Of a DNA stretch of 64,000 nt, positions 37,937 through 47,962 are shown in pieces. The position numbers were made by a program, and so were the translations under genes. Source of the stretch: Verrucomicrobiia bacterium (lineage in GTDB: Bacteria; Verrucomicrobiota; Verrucomicrobiia; Limisphaerales; UBA11358); contig DASYEY010000083.1 in assembly GCA_036498725.1 (NCBI GenBank), positions 21,674 through 85,673 on the forward strand, written 5' to 3'. The notes under the pieces were generated by a model, which was not told the DNA's origin, did no database searches, and saw only the letters and a list, made by a program, of their open reading frames with translations. Each line of letters starts with the position of its first letter. Position 1 is the stretch's first letter.

Positions 37937-40762
37937 TTGATATTCCGATGCCAATCAAGGTGGCGTCCGCTGCAAATCTCTGGCTCAACTGATTTGAAAA
38001 CAATTAGAAATTTGCTGTTGGCAGGTATTTTAGCGGCGTACATGAGCACCTCAGCTGAGGCGCAAATCGTCTATTCCAACATCTTTGACGGCGGAGCAAT
38101 AACGCTTAACGGAACGTCCCCCACGGTGGCTAAAAACATCGCAGGCGGCAGCGGCTCCGCACATTGGATTTGCACGTTAACCAACGGTGTGGATGGCACT
38201 ATCCTGGCCGATGGTACCGTGGCCACCAACGCAGGGTGCGCCCTGCTGCCCTTTACCCCGCGGGCAGGCTGTATCTACCTGATGACAGCTTCGCTCACTG
38301 TTCCTGCCGGCATGGGCAACTGGGTCGCCATGGGCTTTTCCCAAAATGCTGGTCAGACGAATAATCCGGGTTATGCGCGATTCACAGACACGCCCAACGG
38401 CTATGCCTGGAGCAGTGCGCGGACCGGCAGCAATGATCAATTATTTGGCGGACCAAAAACCCAGGTCGGCGCAACCCCGCTGATCAATGCCCTCCCCGGC
38501 GCAGGGACATATACATTGGAAATTGTCCTGAATACATTGGGCATTAAATGGACGGCAGCAGCCTACGTCAATGGCATCGTCACCGGTACGAACGTGATTG
38601 GCGGCACGCAAATCGGCACCAATATCGTGTATGGCACGACTCCAAACATTGGATTTGCCGGCATCGGCCAAACCACTTTCGCCAACTTGTCCACCACCGG
38701 AATCCAATGGAACTATTGGTCGCTTTCGGTCACGCAAGTGCCAAACCTTACCAATAGCTATTGGGTAGCCCCAACCGCCATTGGCAGTGGTGATGGTTCT
38801 TCTGCCGCCAATGCGGCGAGCTATCGGACTGCCAGCTTTTGGACGGGCGTTCAGAGCCAGCTTAATGGCGTCCAGGTCATCGTTAATTTTGTCAATGGCA
38901 CATACAACGCAGGAAATCTGGTCCTGGCGGACATGGGCGATCCACTGCATCGGTTGACCCTCCAAGCCGCCAATCGGTATGGGGCGATTTTGTCCCCCAG
39001 CAGCAACGATATTCTCGAATTAACCGGCACCCAGAATATCGGGTTGGACGGTTTTGTATTCACTGGCAAGACTCCGTATTGGGGGATTCTCTGCCAGCCA
39101 GACATCTGGCAACCCACCCGCAATCTCGGCATTTCCAATTGTAAATTTCAAGACTTAACCAATGCCTACTATGGCGCCATTGGATTGCTGAACGGCACCC
39201 GAGATGTCACATTCAATAATTGTACTTTTACCAACCTGGGTTACGGCACCAGCGGCACCGCCCACTTCATCTATGGCTCACACGACATCGTAGGTGTTCA
39301 GGTGTTAAACAGTTCGTTTGCCGATTGCCGGGCGGATTATGTGCGATTCAGGGACGATTCGGAATATTGCACAATCAGCAATTGCACGTTTCTCTCTACC
39401 ATCAGCGCCACGACCTTTCCGTTCATCACGTCGCCATTGTTCAATTCCATTGACCCGGGTCCGGGCGACGAATTTTTCGGAACCTATTTCCAGATCACCA
39501 GCAATTCATTCGCATACAATGTCTCGGCTGGCATACGGGCCGCGCTGCAATTCAGCGACACCGGCTACGATCCGCAAGGCTACGATTGCGCGCTGACGCC
39601 GACACAAGCCAGCCAGTTGAGCAATGGCAGCACCAGCTTCAAGCAATCGTTTCTGCAAACGAACCTGGGCATCATTGCGTCGGGCATCAAAATGTTTGGT
39701 AACACCTTCAACTCGCGGGTGAGCTATCACGTGGCCTATACCTACAATTATTCGAGCAGTGCCACCGGCGCGCCGCAGAATGGTTGGACGGGAACCATTG
39801 ATATTTCGGATGTGCCGGACGCCAGCGGTGCATTATTAGCCTCACCGATGTTGCGCAACGCCGACTTCGACCGGATCGGACTCCTGAAAATGCCGGTGGA
39901 TTCGAGCACTCCCAATGAATGCTTGTTTCGCACGTGGCTATGCAATCCCAAGTACGCCAGCATCCTCTGGCATCCAGGTTTTAACGGAACGAGCAACGCG
40001 ATGCTCTTTAACAAGACCGGCAGTCAATCCATCTACCAATGGATCGGCCATCCGGCAACGCAATGGACCATGGATTGCCTGTTCGCAATCGGCTCTGGCT
40101 TTACTGGCAGCGGCGTTAAATTCAAAATTGATTTATTTCACAACGACATCACCGGTGGCAAAATTTCTGTCGGCGTGGACAATTTAGGGCGCTTTGGAAT
40201 CTATAATGGCGGCAGTTTTACTGTTCTGCCCCAATTAGGAATGGTGACCTTCTCCGTGGATAATAACGGTAATAGTTATTACAACGATCCGGGCGACACG
40301 TTGAATGTTTACCGCCTGCGCCTGGTTGGCGATTATTCGTCCGATACTCCGCAGCTGAATATCTACGCCAGCGATGCCAACTCCATGGAATTAAACCACC
40401 AAGTCTTGGGATTGACCGACTGGGTCAATGACGCTCCGGTCAGCGGCCAATCAACACCCAGCACGGTGGCTTTTTATAATTACACCGCACCAGTGGTTCT
40501 GGATCAAGTTGCCTTCAGCGCCGGTCTTGGAGAACAGCCGCCGATCATCCAACAGATCTCGACTAGTGGCAGCAATTTCATCTTCTCCGGGACAAATGGA
40601 TTTCCGGGAGACACCTATTATCTAATGTCCTCGACCAATCTGACTTCAGGTCTTTGGACCATGAAAGCCACCAACATCATGGATACGAACGGCAATTTCT
40701 CTGTTACCAATAGTATCCTGCCGGGAACATTACAGCAGTTTTATCGTTTGCAGTTACAGTAA
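37937..40762 (+). CDS. Large secreted protein P2
   Basis: The likely true start is the in-frame TTG at 37994, giving the signal peptide '(M)KTIRNLLLAGILAAYMSTSAEA' by analogy with its paralogs. The N-terminal domain spans about 38060-38735. The middle region ('NCKFQDLTN', 'NNCTFTNLG', 'LNSSFADC', 'SNCTFLS') suggests a beta-helix. The protein ends 'QQFYRLQLQ'. Confidence 0.75.
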   Translation: MIFRCQSRWRPLQISGSTDLKTIRNLLLAGILAAYMSTSAEAQIVYSNIFDGGAITLNGTSPTVAKNIAGGSGSAHWICTLTNGVDGTILADGTVATNAGCALLPFTPRAGCIYLMTASLTVPAGMGNWVAMGFSQNAGQTNNPGYARFTDTPNGYAWSSARTGSNDQLFGGPKTQVGATPLINALPGAGTYTLEIVLNTLGIKWTAAAYVNGIVTGTNVIGGTQIGTNIVYGTTPNIGFAGIGQTTFANLSTTGIQWNYWSLSVTQVPNLTNSYWVAPTAIGSGDGSSAANAASYRTASFWTGVQSQLNGVQVIVNFVNGTYNAGNLVLADMGDPLHRLTLQAANRYGAILSPSSNDILELTGTQNIGLDGFVFTGKTPYWGILCQPDIWQPTRNLGISNCKFQDLTNAYYGAIGLLNGTRDVTFNNCTFTNLGYGTSGTAHFIYGSHDIVGVQVLNSSFADCRADYVRFRDDSEYCTISNCTFLSTISATTFPFITSPLFNSIDPGPGDEFFGTYFQITSNSFAYNVSAGIRAALQFSDTGYDPQGYDCALTPTQASQLSNGSTSFKQSFLQTNLGIIASGIKMFGNTFNSRVSYHVAYTYNYSSSATGAPQNGWTGTIDISDVPDASGALLASPMLRNADFDRIGLLKMPVDSSTPNECLFRTWLCNPKYASILWHPGFNGTSNAMLFNKTGSQSIYQWIGHPATQWTMDCLFAIGSGFTGSGVKFKIDLFHNDITGGKISVGVDNLGRFGIYNGGSFTVLPQLGMVTFSVDNNGNSYYNDPGDTLNVYRLRLVGDYSSDTPQLNIYASDANSMELNHQVLGLTDWVNDAPVSGQSTPSTVAFYNYTAPVVLDQVAFSAGLGEQPPIIQQISTSGSNFIFSGTNGFPGDTYYLMSSTNLTSGLWTMKATNIMDTNGNFSVTNSILPGTLQQFYRLQLQ

Positions 40763-41394
40763 CTCTCCGCGGCATTCGGTTTTCCACACACCTAATCTAA
40801 TTGTGGGGCGCATTAGGATTCGCCATTGATACCCCTCAACAAGAACCTGCGTTACCCAATGAATGGACCTTTATGCGTTTAGATTATCTAATCAAGCGAA
40901 ACTTAGACGACTTGGACGGTATCATTGCAACCACTAATGGATGGTCTTTGATATTGCAGAGTGCTTTACCATGGTTATTGAACCATATTAATTATTCCGC
41001 AAAACACTGCTTGCTTGGAAATACATGTTTTGAGTCTTGCTGAACAAGGTTTGGCGGCGGCATTACAACTTTTGCAAAGGCCTCATAATATAGTCCAATT
41101 GACCGATTGTGAGGTTGATCGGAGCTTACTACTATCTAAATAGTGCGTTACGCAGCGCCATTCCATGGCGCGGCCTTGGCTCAACCATATCAAGACAGTG
41201 ATGCTGCATTGTGAAATCATATCGGGCTTGGCATGAATCCCACCCAAAGATGGACGCTCAGATACGTGCAGTCTCGCCCAAACGAGCGTGATCCGTTCAG
41301 GATTGACGATGGAACGGTTATTCCAACTTAAAACCGCCAAGGACAAATCAATCGATTTTCGCGTCTGATGTGATCCCAACAAATAAAGAAATAA

Positions 41395-42243
41395 ATGATG
41401 TCATTCATCCAGAATTTATCGTGGCAGAGTTGTAAAAAGCACCGGGCATTTACATTGATCGAACTACTGGTAGTCATCGCCATCATCGCCATACTGGCCG
41501 CCTTGCTTCTCCCCGCTTTGGCGAAAGCCAAGCTACAGGCTCAAAAGGCGGGCTGCCTAAACAATCTTAAACAACTAAATCTTGCCTATCGTATGTACCA
41601 GGATGACTTCAAGGGAAACGGGGTAGATTACTTCGATGCTAATGGACACAATGCCTTATGGATGGGATCACTTTCCTCTTACTATGGCGCGGCGCATCAA
41701 ATCGTATTTTGTCCAACCGCGCCGACCCGCAATAATTTGACGACATCCAAGGGCGACGCCAAATCCACTTGGCAGTGGACGGCCAACGATATCAACTACG
41801 ACTATGGAAGTTATTCAATCAATGGATGGCTTTATGGTGATTCGCCCATTTCCGGAGGGACTACGACGGTGAATCCGGCGGGGTATTTTGTGAAGGAAGC
41901 AGCCGTTACATCCCCATCCCTCACGCCTGCATTCTTTGACAGTATCTGGGTGGACGCATGGCCTTCCGTGACGGATTTACCAAGCATTAATCTTGACCTC
42001 ATCAGTGGTTCGCCCGGGGTGGATCTCCCGCCGAATCAGAATGAATACGACCGTTTGCTTATTGCGCGTCATCCACTGAAACCTGGCAGGACGATCTATA
42101 ACCAACCGATCCCAGGCCAAATTGAAATGTCCTACGTTGATGGTCATGCCAGCACACTCAAGTTGGAGGACGTCAAAACTGTTTATTGGTGCAAGGGCTG
42201 GCCCGGGACCATCGCAAATCCTTGGCAAACAAAAGGCCCCTGA
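41395..42243 (+). CDS. DUF1559 / prepilin-type N-terminal cleavage-methylation domain protein
   Basis: It has '[34 protein letters not shown]' and the C-terminal '...[14 protein letters not shown]'. Confidence 0.85.
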   Translation: MMSFIQNLSWQSCKKHRAFTLIELLVVIAIIAILAALLLPALAKAKLQAQKAGCLNNLKQLNLAYRMYQDDFKGNGVDYFDANGHNALWMGSLSSYYGAAHQIVFCPTAPTRNNLTTSKGDAKSTWQWTANDINYDYGSYSINGWLYGDSPISGGTTTVNPAGYFVKEAAVTSPSLTPAFFDSIWVDAWPSVTDLPSINLDLISGSPGVDLPPNQNEYDRLLIARHPLKPGRTIYNQPIPGQIEMSYVDGHASTLKLEDVKTVYWCKGWPGTIANPWQTKGP

Positions 42244-42245
42244 AA

Positions 42246-45227
42246 ATGAACTCATCACAACCTGCAACCCATCAAACTCCTCTCTCTATGAAATTAAAAT
42301 CAAATGTCCCGGGCATGGCAGCCCATATCTTCCCTTATCTCCTGGCTTTGGCTGGGGTGCTGGGGATGGCGAATGCCGGTCGCTCTCAAATTGTTACCAA
42401 CGGGAGTTTTGAACTACCGGGGAGTGCGACTGGCAATTATACCGTGACGTTTGGAACGTTACCAACGGACTACATAACTGGTTGGGTTTTGGGAACTTCT
42501 GGTGCGGCGTATGGAAATGGAAATGCTTACGATGGCATTTGCGCCACTGACAATCCCAGCCTTAACGATGGGAATATTGAGGACGGCACAAATTGCATCT
42601 ATTTACAGGGAGGCAATGCGGCAACGATCGTCACCTTAAGCACGGGTTCCTACACGCTATCCTTCTGGGCCATGGGACGCACCGACACGGGCGCGGCGAA
42701 CCCGGTTGCGGTGACAGTGGGAACCGCCGCTGGAAATATTTTTTCCAACACCGTGGCCCCGGGCAATACGGGCCAAAAAGTGTTGGCCGACTGGATTCAA
42801 TATCTCTTTAATTTTAACGCGCCAAGCAATGGCAGCTACCAGCTAACATTCAAGGCGATGCTACCGTATGGCCCCAGTGGTGATCACACAACTTTCATAG
42901 ACAATGTTTCGATCACTGCCGGGGGCATTCCGCCCTCCTTTATCAGCCAGCCAACTCCCGAAGAAATGATTTACGCTGGTGGAACCGCGCACTTCTCCGC
43001 TCAGGTCACTGGTTCACCGACACCGTCCTATCAATGGCAGGTCGAATCCAACGGCGTCCTCGTCAATTTGAATAATAGCAGCCGAATTTCGGGTGCCACC
43101 AATGAGACACTCACGATCAACAATCTGGTCCCGGAGGATGCCACCAACTACATTTTACAGGCGTCTAATACGTCCAGTTCGACGAATAGTTCCATGGCGC
43201 AATTGGTAGTGTTGCCTGCGCCGGCTGACGGCAGTTATGACGGCGCCGTCTTGGCCGACAACCCTGCGGCCTATTATCTGTTGAACGAGACCACTGACCC
43301 GAGTTCTGGAACGGCGGTGGCATTCGATTTTGCCAGTGGATTCAATGGTATCTATGGCGGTTCCATGCTAAACGGCTTCGACGGCATAGTTGGCCCCATG
43401 CCTTCGGATGGATTTTCGGGTTTTTCGACCACCGACTCTGCCGCGCTCTTTCCTTCTCCGAGCGGAGAAATTACCCTGGCTCCCTGGGAGCTGAATACCA
43501 ATACAGTCACTTTCACTGCCTGGATATATCCTATCGGGGTGCAGAACCCATCTGCCGGCCTGCTTTACATTGTGGGTGGTTCGGACGGATCGGGATTTAA
43601 TTTTGACGCAAACGGGAACGTGGACGTCAACGGAAACAGCACCTTGGGCTATACTTGGAATTATGACGGAGGCACTTATGGTTGGAATTCCGGCATCGCA
43701 CCTCCTCAATTCCAGTGGTCGTTCGTCGCATTGGTTGTCACGCCCAGCAATGTGACCCTCTATATCTTCAATACCAGCGGCGTTTTAATTGCGAGTCAAA
43801 ACCATAGCCATCCGGTCGAGCCGTTTTCAGCAGCGCCTCAATTTGGATTCTTTCCTGGCCAGCCAAACAATGACGCATTTAATGGCTCCATGAACCATGT
43901 GGCCATCTTCGGCCAGGCGTTAAGCGGGCTTCAGATTGCGGACCTTTACGCCGCCGCCGCCGGAACCGCGCCGCCGGTTCCACCCTACTTTACCACCCAG
44001 CCTACACCCCAGGCAGAAACTCTCTATGCCGGTGAAACTGTACGCCTTTCGGCCCAGGCAGCTGGCATACCGACACCCGCCTATCAATGGCAGATAGAAT
44101 CCAACGGCATCTTTGTCGATTTGAACGACAGCGACCGGATTTCTGGCACCACAAGCTCGACGCTCACAATCAGTAATTTAGCGGCCGGGGATGCCGGCAA
44201 TTACCTTCTGAATGCCAGCAACACCTACGGTTCGACCAACAGCTCCATCGTGTCATTGACTGTGATGCCCCCGCCGCCAGCTGGCAGCTATGCCAGTGCT
44301 GTCATGGCTTTGAATGCGCGTGCCTATTACGAGTTATCTGAGACCAATGACCCAAGTGGCGGACAGGCTGTGGCCTATGATTATGTCGGCGGATATAACG
44401 GTGTTTATGGCACGGACGTGCAAAATGGCTTTAACGGTGTGTTCGGCCCGCTGCCTTCGGAAGGTTTTCCGAAATTTCCAACCAATAATGCGGCGGCAAG
44501 TTTTATCAATACTGGCAACGCCGACTCAAATTCAGCAATCACCTTGACTCCATGGCAACTAAACACCAATACAGTCACCTTCACTGCCTGGATTAATCCG
44601 ACCGGGTTGCAGACGGGTTACGCCGGCTTGATCTATGTCATTGGCGCAGATGGCTTGGGTTTTAACTTCTGTCCGCCGGGTGCCACGAACGCCAGCGGCA
44701 ATCAGGACTTGGGCTATAGTTGGAATTACGACTTAAATACTTTCAGGTGGGATTCCGGCATCGCGCCCCCGCCCGGCCAGTGGTCGTTAGTGTCGTTGGT
44801 CATCACTCCGACCAACGCAATCGTCTCTATTATGAACACCAACGGCACTTTATCTGCGACCAACACCCCCGTCGGAGGCCACGCTGTGGAACCGTTTTCA
44901 TCAACGACCCAATTTGGTTTCTTCCCCGGAATCGGAGATTCAACATATAATTACAACGGCTTGATGGATCACGTGGCGATCTTCGGTCAAGCGTTGAGTG
45001 CGAATCAGATTGCGGCATTGTATGATACTGCTTCCGGCATAGCCCTAACAGTCACGCTCAGCGCGGTTTTGAGCGATGGGCAGGTAATTTTGAATTGGAA
45101 TGGCAGTGGGCAACTTCTCCAGGCCCCCAGTCTTACGGGCCCATGGACAACGAATTCAGCTGCCACGCCGCCGTACCAGGTGACACCTTCAGCGCCGCAA
45201 ATGTTTTACCGAGTGCTGGTCCAATAG
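42246..45227 (+). CDS. Giant secreted protein P3
   Basis: The start is ATG 42246 or 42288; the ORF track's 42186 start overlaps the previous gene. The N-terminal domain includes 'IVTNGSFELPG...NIEDGTNCIYLQGG...YTLSFWAMGR'. Two ~350-aa units each carry 'YQWQ.ESNG' Ig and 'VTFTAWI.P' LamG blocks. The protein ends 'QMFYRVLVQ'. Confidence 0.8.
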   Translation: MNSSQPATHQTPLSMKLKSNVPGMAAHIFPYLLALAGVLGMANAGRSQIVTNGSFELPGSATGNYTVTFGTLPTDYITGWVLGTSGAAYGNGNAYDGICATDNPSLNDGNIEDGTNCIYLQGGNAATIVTLSTGSYTLSFWAMGRTDTGAANPVAVTVGTAAGNIFSNTVAPGNTGQKVLADWIQYLFNFNAPSNGSYQLTFKAMLPYGPSGDHTTFIDNVSITAGGIPPSFISQPTPEEMIYAGGTAHFSAQVTGSPTPSYQWQVESNGVLVNLNNSSRISGATNETLTINNLVPEDATNYILQASNTSSSTNSSMAQLVVLPAPADGSYDGAVLADNPAAYYLLNETTDPSSGTAVAFDFASGFNGIYGGSMLNGFDGIVGPMPSDGFSGFSTTDSAALFPSPSGEITLAPWELNTNTVTFTAWIYPIGVQNPSAGLLYIVGGSDGSGFNFDANGNVDVNGNSTLGYTWNYDGGTYGWNSGIAPPQFQWSFVALVVTPSNVTLYIFNTSGVLIASQNHSHPVEPFSAAPQFGFFPGQPNNDAFNGSMNHVAIFGQALSGLQIADLYAAAAGTAPPVPPYFTTQPTPQAETLYAGETVRLSAQAAGIPTPAYQWQIESNGIFVDLNDSDRISGTTSSTLTISNLAAGDAGNYLLNASNTYGSTNSSIVSLTVMPPPPAGSYASAVMALNARAYYELSETNDPSGGQAVAYDYVGGYNGVYGTDVQNGFNGVFGPLPSEGFPKFPTNNAAASFINTGNADSNSAITLTPWQLNTNTVTFTAWINPTGLQTGYAGLIYVIGADGLGFNFCPPGATNASGNQDLGYSWNYDLNTFRWDSGIAPPPGQWSLVSLVITPTNAIVSIMNTNGTLSATNTPVGGHAVEPFSSTTQFGFFPGIGDSTYNYNGLMDHVAIFGQALSANQIAALYDTASGIALTVTLSAVLSDGQVILNWNGSGQLLQAPSLTGPWTTNSAATPPYQVTPSAPQMFYRVLVQ

Positions 45228-45248
45228 CCTCATTTGGTGGAAAAATCG

Positions 45249-45286
45249 TAACGGGCAGTCACGAGGAAATTCTGACTGCCCGTTTT
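45249..45286 (+). terminator. Rho-independent terminator after P3
   Basis: The 12-bp stem aacgggcagtca / tgactgcccgtt has an 11-nt loop and is followed by ttt. Confidence 0.75.
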
Positions 45287-45409
45287 TGACATAATGAGAG
45301 TGGGAGAACGAGTTCAGACTAAGGTGGCCTTGTACTGCTGAAGATCAGTTATACCGGATAACTGCCGGACTGATCGTTGCCCTTAGTTTGACCGGCAGAA
45401 TTTATTTTT

Positions 45410-47962
45410 ATGAGATTAGATTCAAAGATCAAGGTTCCATCCAACCCGCTTCTGCTGCCAATATTTGCCGCCTTGATAATGATTGGTTGGGTACCGCTGG
45501 CGGCCAACTCCCAGAATTTGGTGGCCAACGGCAGTTTTGAGCAGCCTGGAATTCTCAATGGCGATTACACCGTTAACTTTGGCAGCCTGGCCACCAACGG
45601 CGTGCCGCATTGGGCCTTTGGTTTATCCACAGGCACTATTCCTGGCGTTTACGATGGTCTGGTCGCCAGCAATGGTGGTCTTAATTCGGGAAATATTGAA
45701 GACGGCACGAACGCGGCCTTCTTGCAGGGCGGCAGCATGGTCCAAAACGTCACGCTGACGGCGGGATCCTACAATCTATCCTTCTGGGCCATGGGGCGCT
45801 CGGACACGGGCAGCGCAAACCCGGTCGTAGTATCCGTGGGAAACATTCTATCTCAGTTGGTGACGCCTGGCAATACGTCGCAAAATATGTTGAGTGACTG
45901 GCAAAATTATATCTTTTCATTTATCGCACCGAGTAACGGCAACTATGCCCTGGTCTTCCAAACGACATCGCCTTACAACCCACCCAGCGATCACACAACT
46001 TTCATTGATAACATCTCGATCCTGTCTATCGCGTCAATTCCGGGGCCAACAATTATTTCCGAGCCTGCTCCGCAACAAACGCTCTATGTGGGGCAAAGCG
46101 CGCAATTCACCGTCCAAACTACTGGCACCGCTCCTCTTTTCTATCAATGGCAGATTGAAACCAATGGAATATATATCAGCCTGACCAATGGCGGACGGTT
46201 TTCAGGAGTCACCAACGCCACTTTGATCATCAGCAATCTGAGGACAGGTGATTCGACCAACTACCTGGTATCTGTGGCCAATGCAGGTGGAACGACCAAT
46301 AGCACAGTTGCCACCTTGACGGTGTCGGCAAAGCTTCCCGCTGGTTCACCCCGGGCCGCGGTCACCGTCATTAATCCAAGCTTTGAGGATGGCCAGCAGC
46401 CCGGGGACGCATATACCACCGGCTACGGAACCATTAATCCCCAGACCGGAGTCCCCGGCTGGCAATTCGGCTCTTCCGGAGGTGATTCCTATTCGGGCAT
46501 CGTTACAGAATCCGGCCTTCTTTTTGGCACACCCAAGTATATTCCCCAATGCTGGCAGGCGGCCTTCATCCAAGGCACTGGCCAGTTCTCGCAGGCGGTG
46601 ACCTTCAAATCTGCAGGAACGAATGTTATCCGCTTTCAGGCCGAAGGACAGAGCAGCACGGGGGCAGGCGCCGAGACCATTGCGGTTTCGGTGGATGGCA
46701 ATGTCGTGGGAACTTTTACTCCATTGACGACGCAGTGGACGCTTTATACATCGCTCCCCTTCAGTGTAACCGCCGGGATCCATGTCGTCGCCTTTGCCGG
46801 AACGGTTCCTTATACGGTGTCGGATCGCACCTCATTTATTGACGCCGTTCAGATTGTCACCCCGGCGGAGGCGGAGGAGGTTGTTCCACCGACCTCTCCG
46901 GTTTACAACATTGTCTTTGTGGGGGATAGCATTACCTACGGGGCCACATTGGCTGACCCTACTACTCAGGCGGCCTCAGTGCAATGCAGGCAAAGCTTGG
47001 GCACCCGCTTCAATATGGCAGTGCGGATGTCCAACCAAGGACACAGCGGCGCGACCACCGTCGACTGGCTACCTCCATCCGCCTATTTCCAAGGGGCCAT
47101 GGCGGCTGCAGATATGCTGGAGTCGAATCAGCCCGGACAATTGGTTTTTTCCATCATGCTGGGAGCCAATGACAGTGCGCAAAGTGGAACGGACGGTGCG
47201 CCGGTCTCTCCTGCCAATTTTCTCACGAACTTGCAATCGATTGTTAGCCAGTTCCTGGCCGATTATCCCAACGCCTATGTTTTCATTCACTATCCCACCT
47301 GGTATTCGACCAATACTCACAATGGCGCTGTCTACGACGCCCCCGGACTGGCGCGCCTGCAGACTTATTTCCCCGAAATTGATCAGTTGATTACCAATGG
47401 TGGCATCACCCATCCCGGCCGGATCTTTAAGGGAGACGCGTTGGCGTTCGATTACTTCTCGACCAATTATTTTACCGACCTGACACCCGAGTCCGGGGTG
47501 GAAGGAACTTTTTATCTCCACCCCAACGCTGCCGGAGCCATCGTCCTTGGGAAATTCTGGGCTGATGCCATCGCAACGAGTCTTAATCTCACAACTAACG
47601 ATTCTTATACCGCGTGGCTTCAAAGTATTGACATGACTCCGGGCGCGCCCGAAACAGCTTTTGATGATACCCCGACCAATGCCATTGCCAGTAACGGCGT
47701 TTCCTATGGCAATCCTGATGGCCTGATTGCGACCATCGTGAATAATTTCACCGGCCTCGACGTTTTCGCTGATATCCGCAACGATACCAACCTCACGGTC
47801 GTTATCGAGGATTCGGGCGACCTGGTCAGTTGGAGCCCGCTTGCGTGGCCGGTTGCTCCAAGCCAGAGCGGCGTGGCCACCGGCTTCATCCGCCATGCGG
47901 TCCAAGTTCCAGTCGATCACCTGCAATCGGAGAAATTTTACCGTCTCGTGCTCGGGTATTGA
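45410..47962 (+). CDS. Large secreted protein P4
   Basis: The N-terminus is paralogous to P3 ('LVANGSFEQPG...NIEDGTNAAFLQGG...YNLSFWAMGR'). An Ig unit carries 'YQWQIETNG'. SGNH blocks are 'IVFVGDSITYG', 'MLGANDS' and 'LHPNAAG'. The protein ends 'EKFYRLVLGY'. Confidence 0.8.
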   Translation: MRLDSKIKVPSNPLLLPIFAALIMIGWVPLAANSQNLVANGSFEQPGILNGDYTVNFGSLATNGVPHWAFGLSTGTIPGVYDGLVASNGGLNSGNIEDGTNAAFLQGGSMVQNVTLTAGSYNLSFWAMGRSDTGSANPVVVSVGNILSQLVTPGNTSQNMLSDWQNYIFSFIAPSNGNYALVFQTTSPYNPPSDHTTFIDNISILSIASIPGPTIISEPAPQQTLYVGQSAQFTVQTTGTAPLFYQWQIETNGIYISLTNGGRFSGVTNATLIISNLRTGDSTNYLVSVANAGGTTNSTVATLTVSAKLPAGSPRAAVTVINPSFEDGQQPGDAYTTGYGTINPQTGVPGWQFGSSGGDSYSGIVTESGLLFGTPKYIPQCWQAAFIQGTGQFSQAVTFKSAGTNVIRFQAEGQSSTGAGAETIAVSVDGNVVGTFTPLTTQWTLYTSLPFSVTAGIHVVAFAGTVPYTVSDRTSFIDAVQIVTPAEAEEVVPPTSPVYNIVFVGDSITYGATLADPTTQAASVQCRQSLGTRFNMAVRMSNQGHSGATTVDWLPPSAYFQGAMAAADMLESNQPGQLVFSIMLGANDSAQSGTDGAPVSPANFLTNLQSIVSQFLADYPNAYVFIHYPTWYSTNTHNGAVYDAPGLARLQTYFPEIDQLITNGGITHPGRIFKGDALAFDYFSTNYFTDLTPESGVEGTFYLHPNAAGAIVLGKFWADAIATSLNLTTNDSYTAWLQSIDMTPGAPETAFDDTPTNAIASNGVSYGNPDGLIATIVNNFTGLDVFADIRNDTNLTVVIEDSGDLVSWSPLAWPVAPSQSGVATGFIRHAVQVPVDHLQSEKFYRLVLGY

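Noticed and set aside
40801-41382. ORFs 40801-41043 (+) and 41083-41382 (-) as a possible toxin-antitoxin or small defence gene pair.
   Set aside because: I recognise no family motifs. One ORF needs a TTG start, they are convergent rather than operonic, and composition suggests decayed or non-coding DNA. I report the region only as unassigned.
45290-45409. 'ataccggataactgccggac' upstream of P4 as a fourth copy of the TACCCTC palindrome.
   Set aside because: It shares only 'atacc' and is not palindromic (ccgga...gccgga is a direct repeat). It is insufficient to call.
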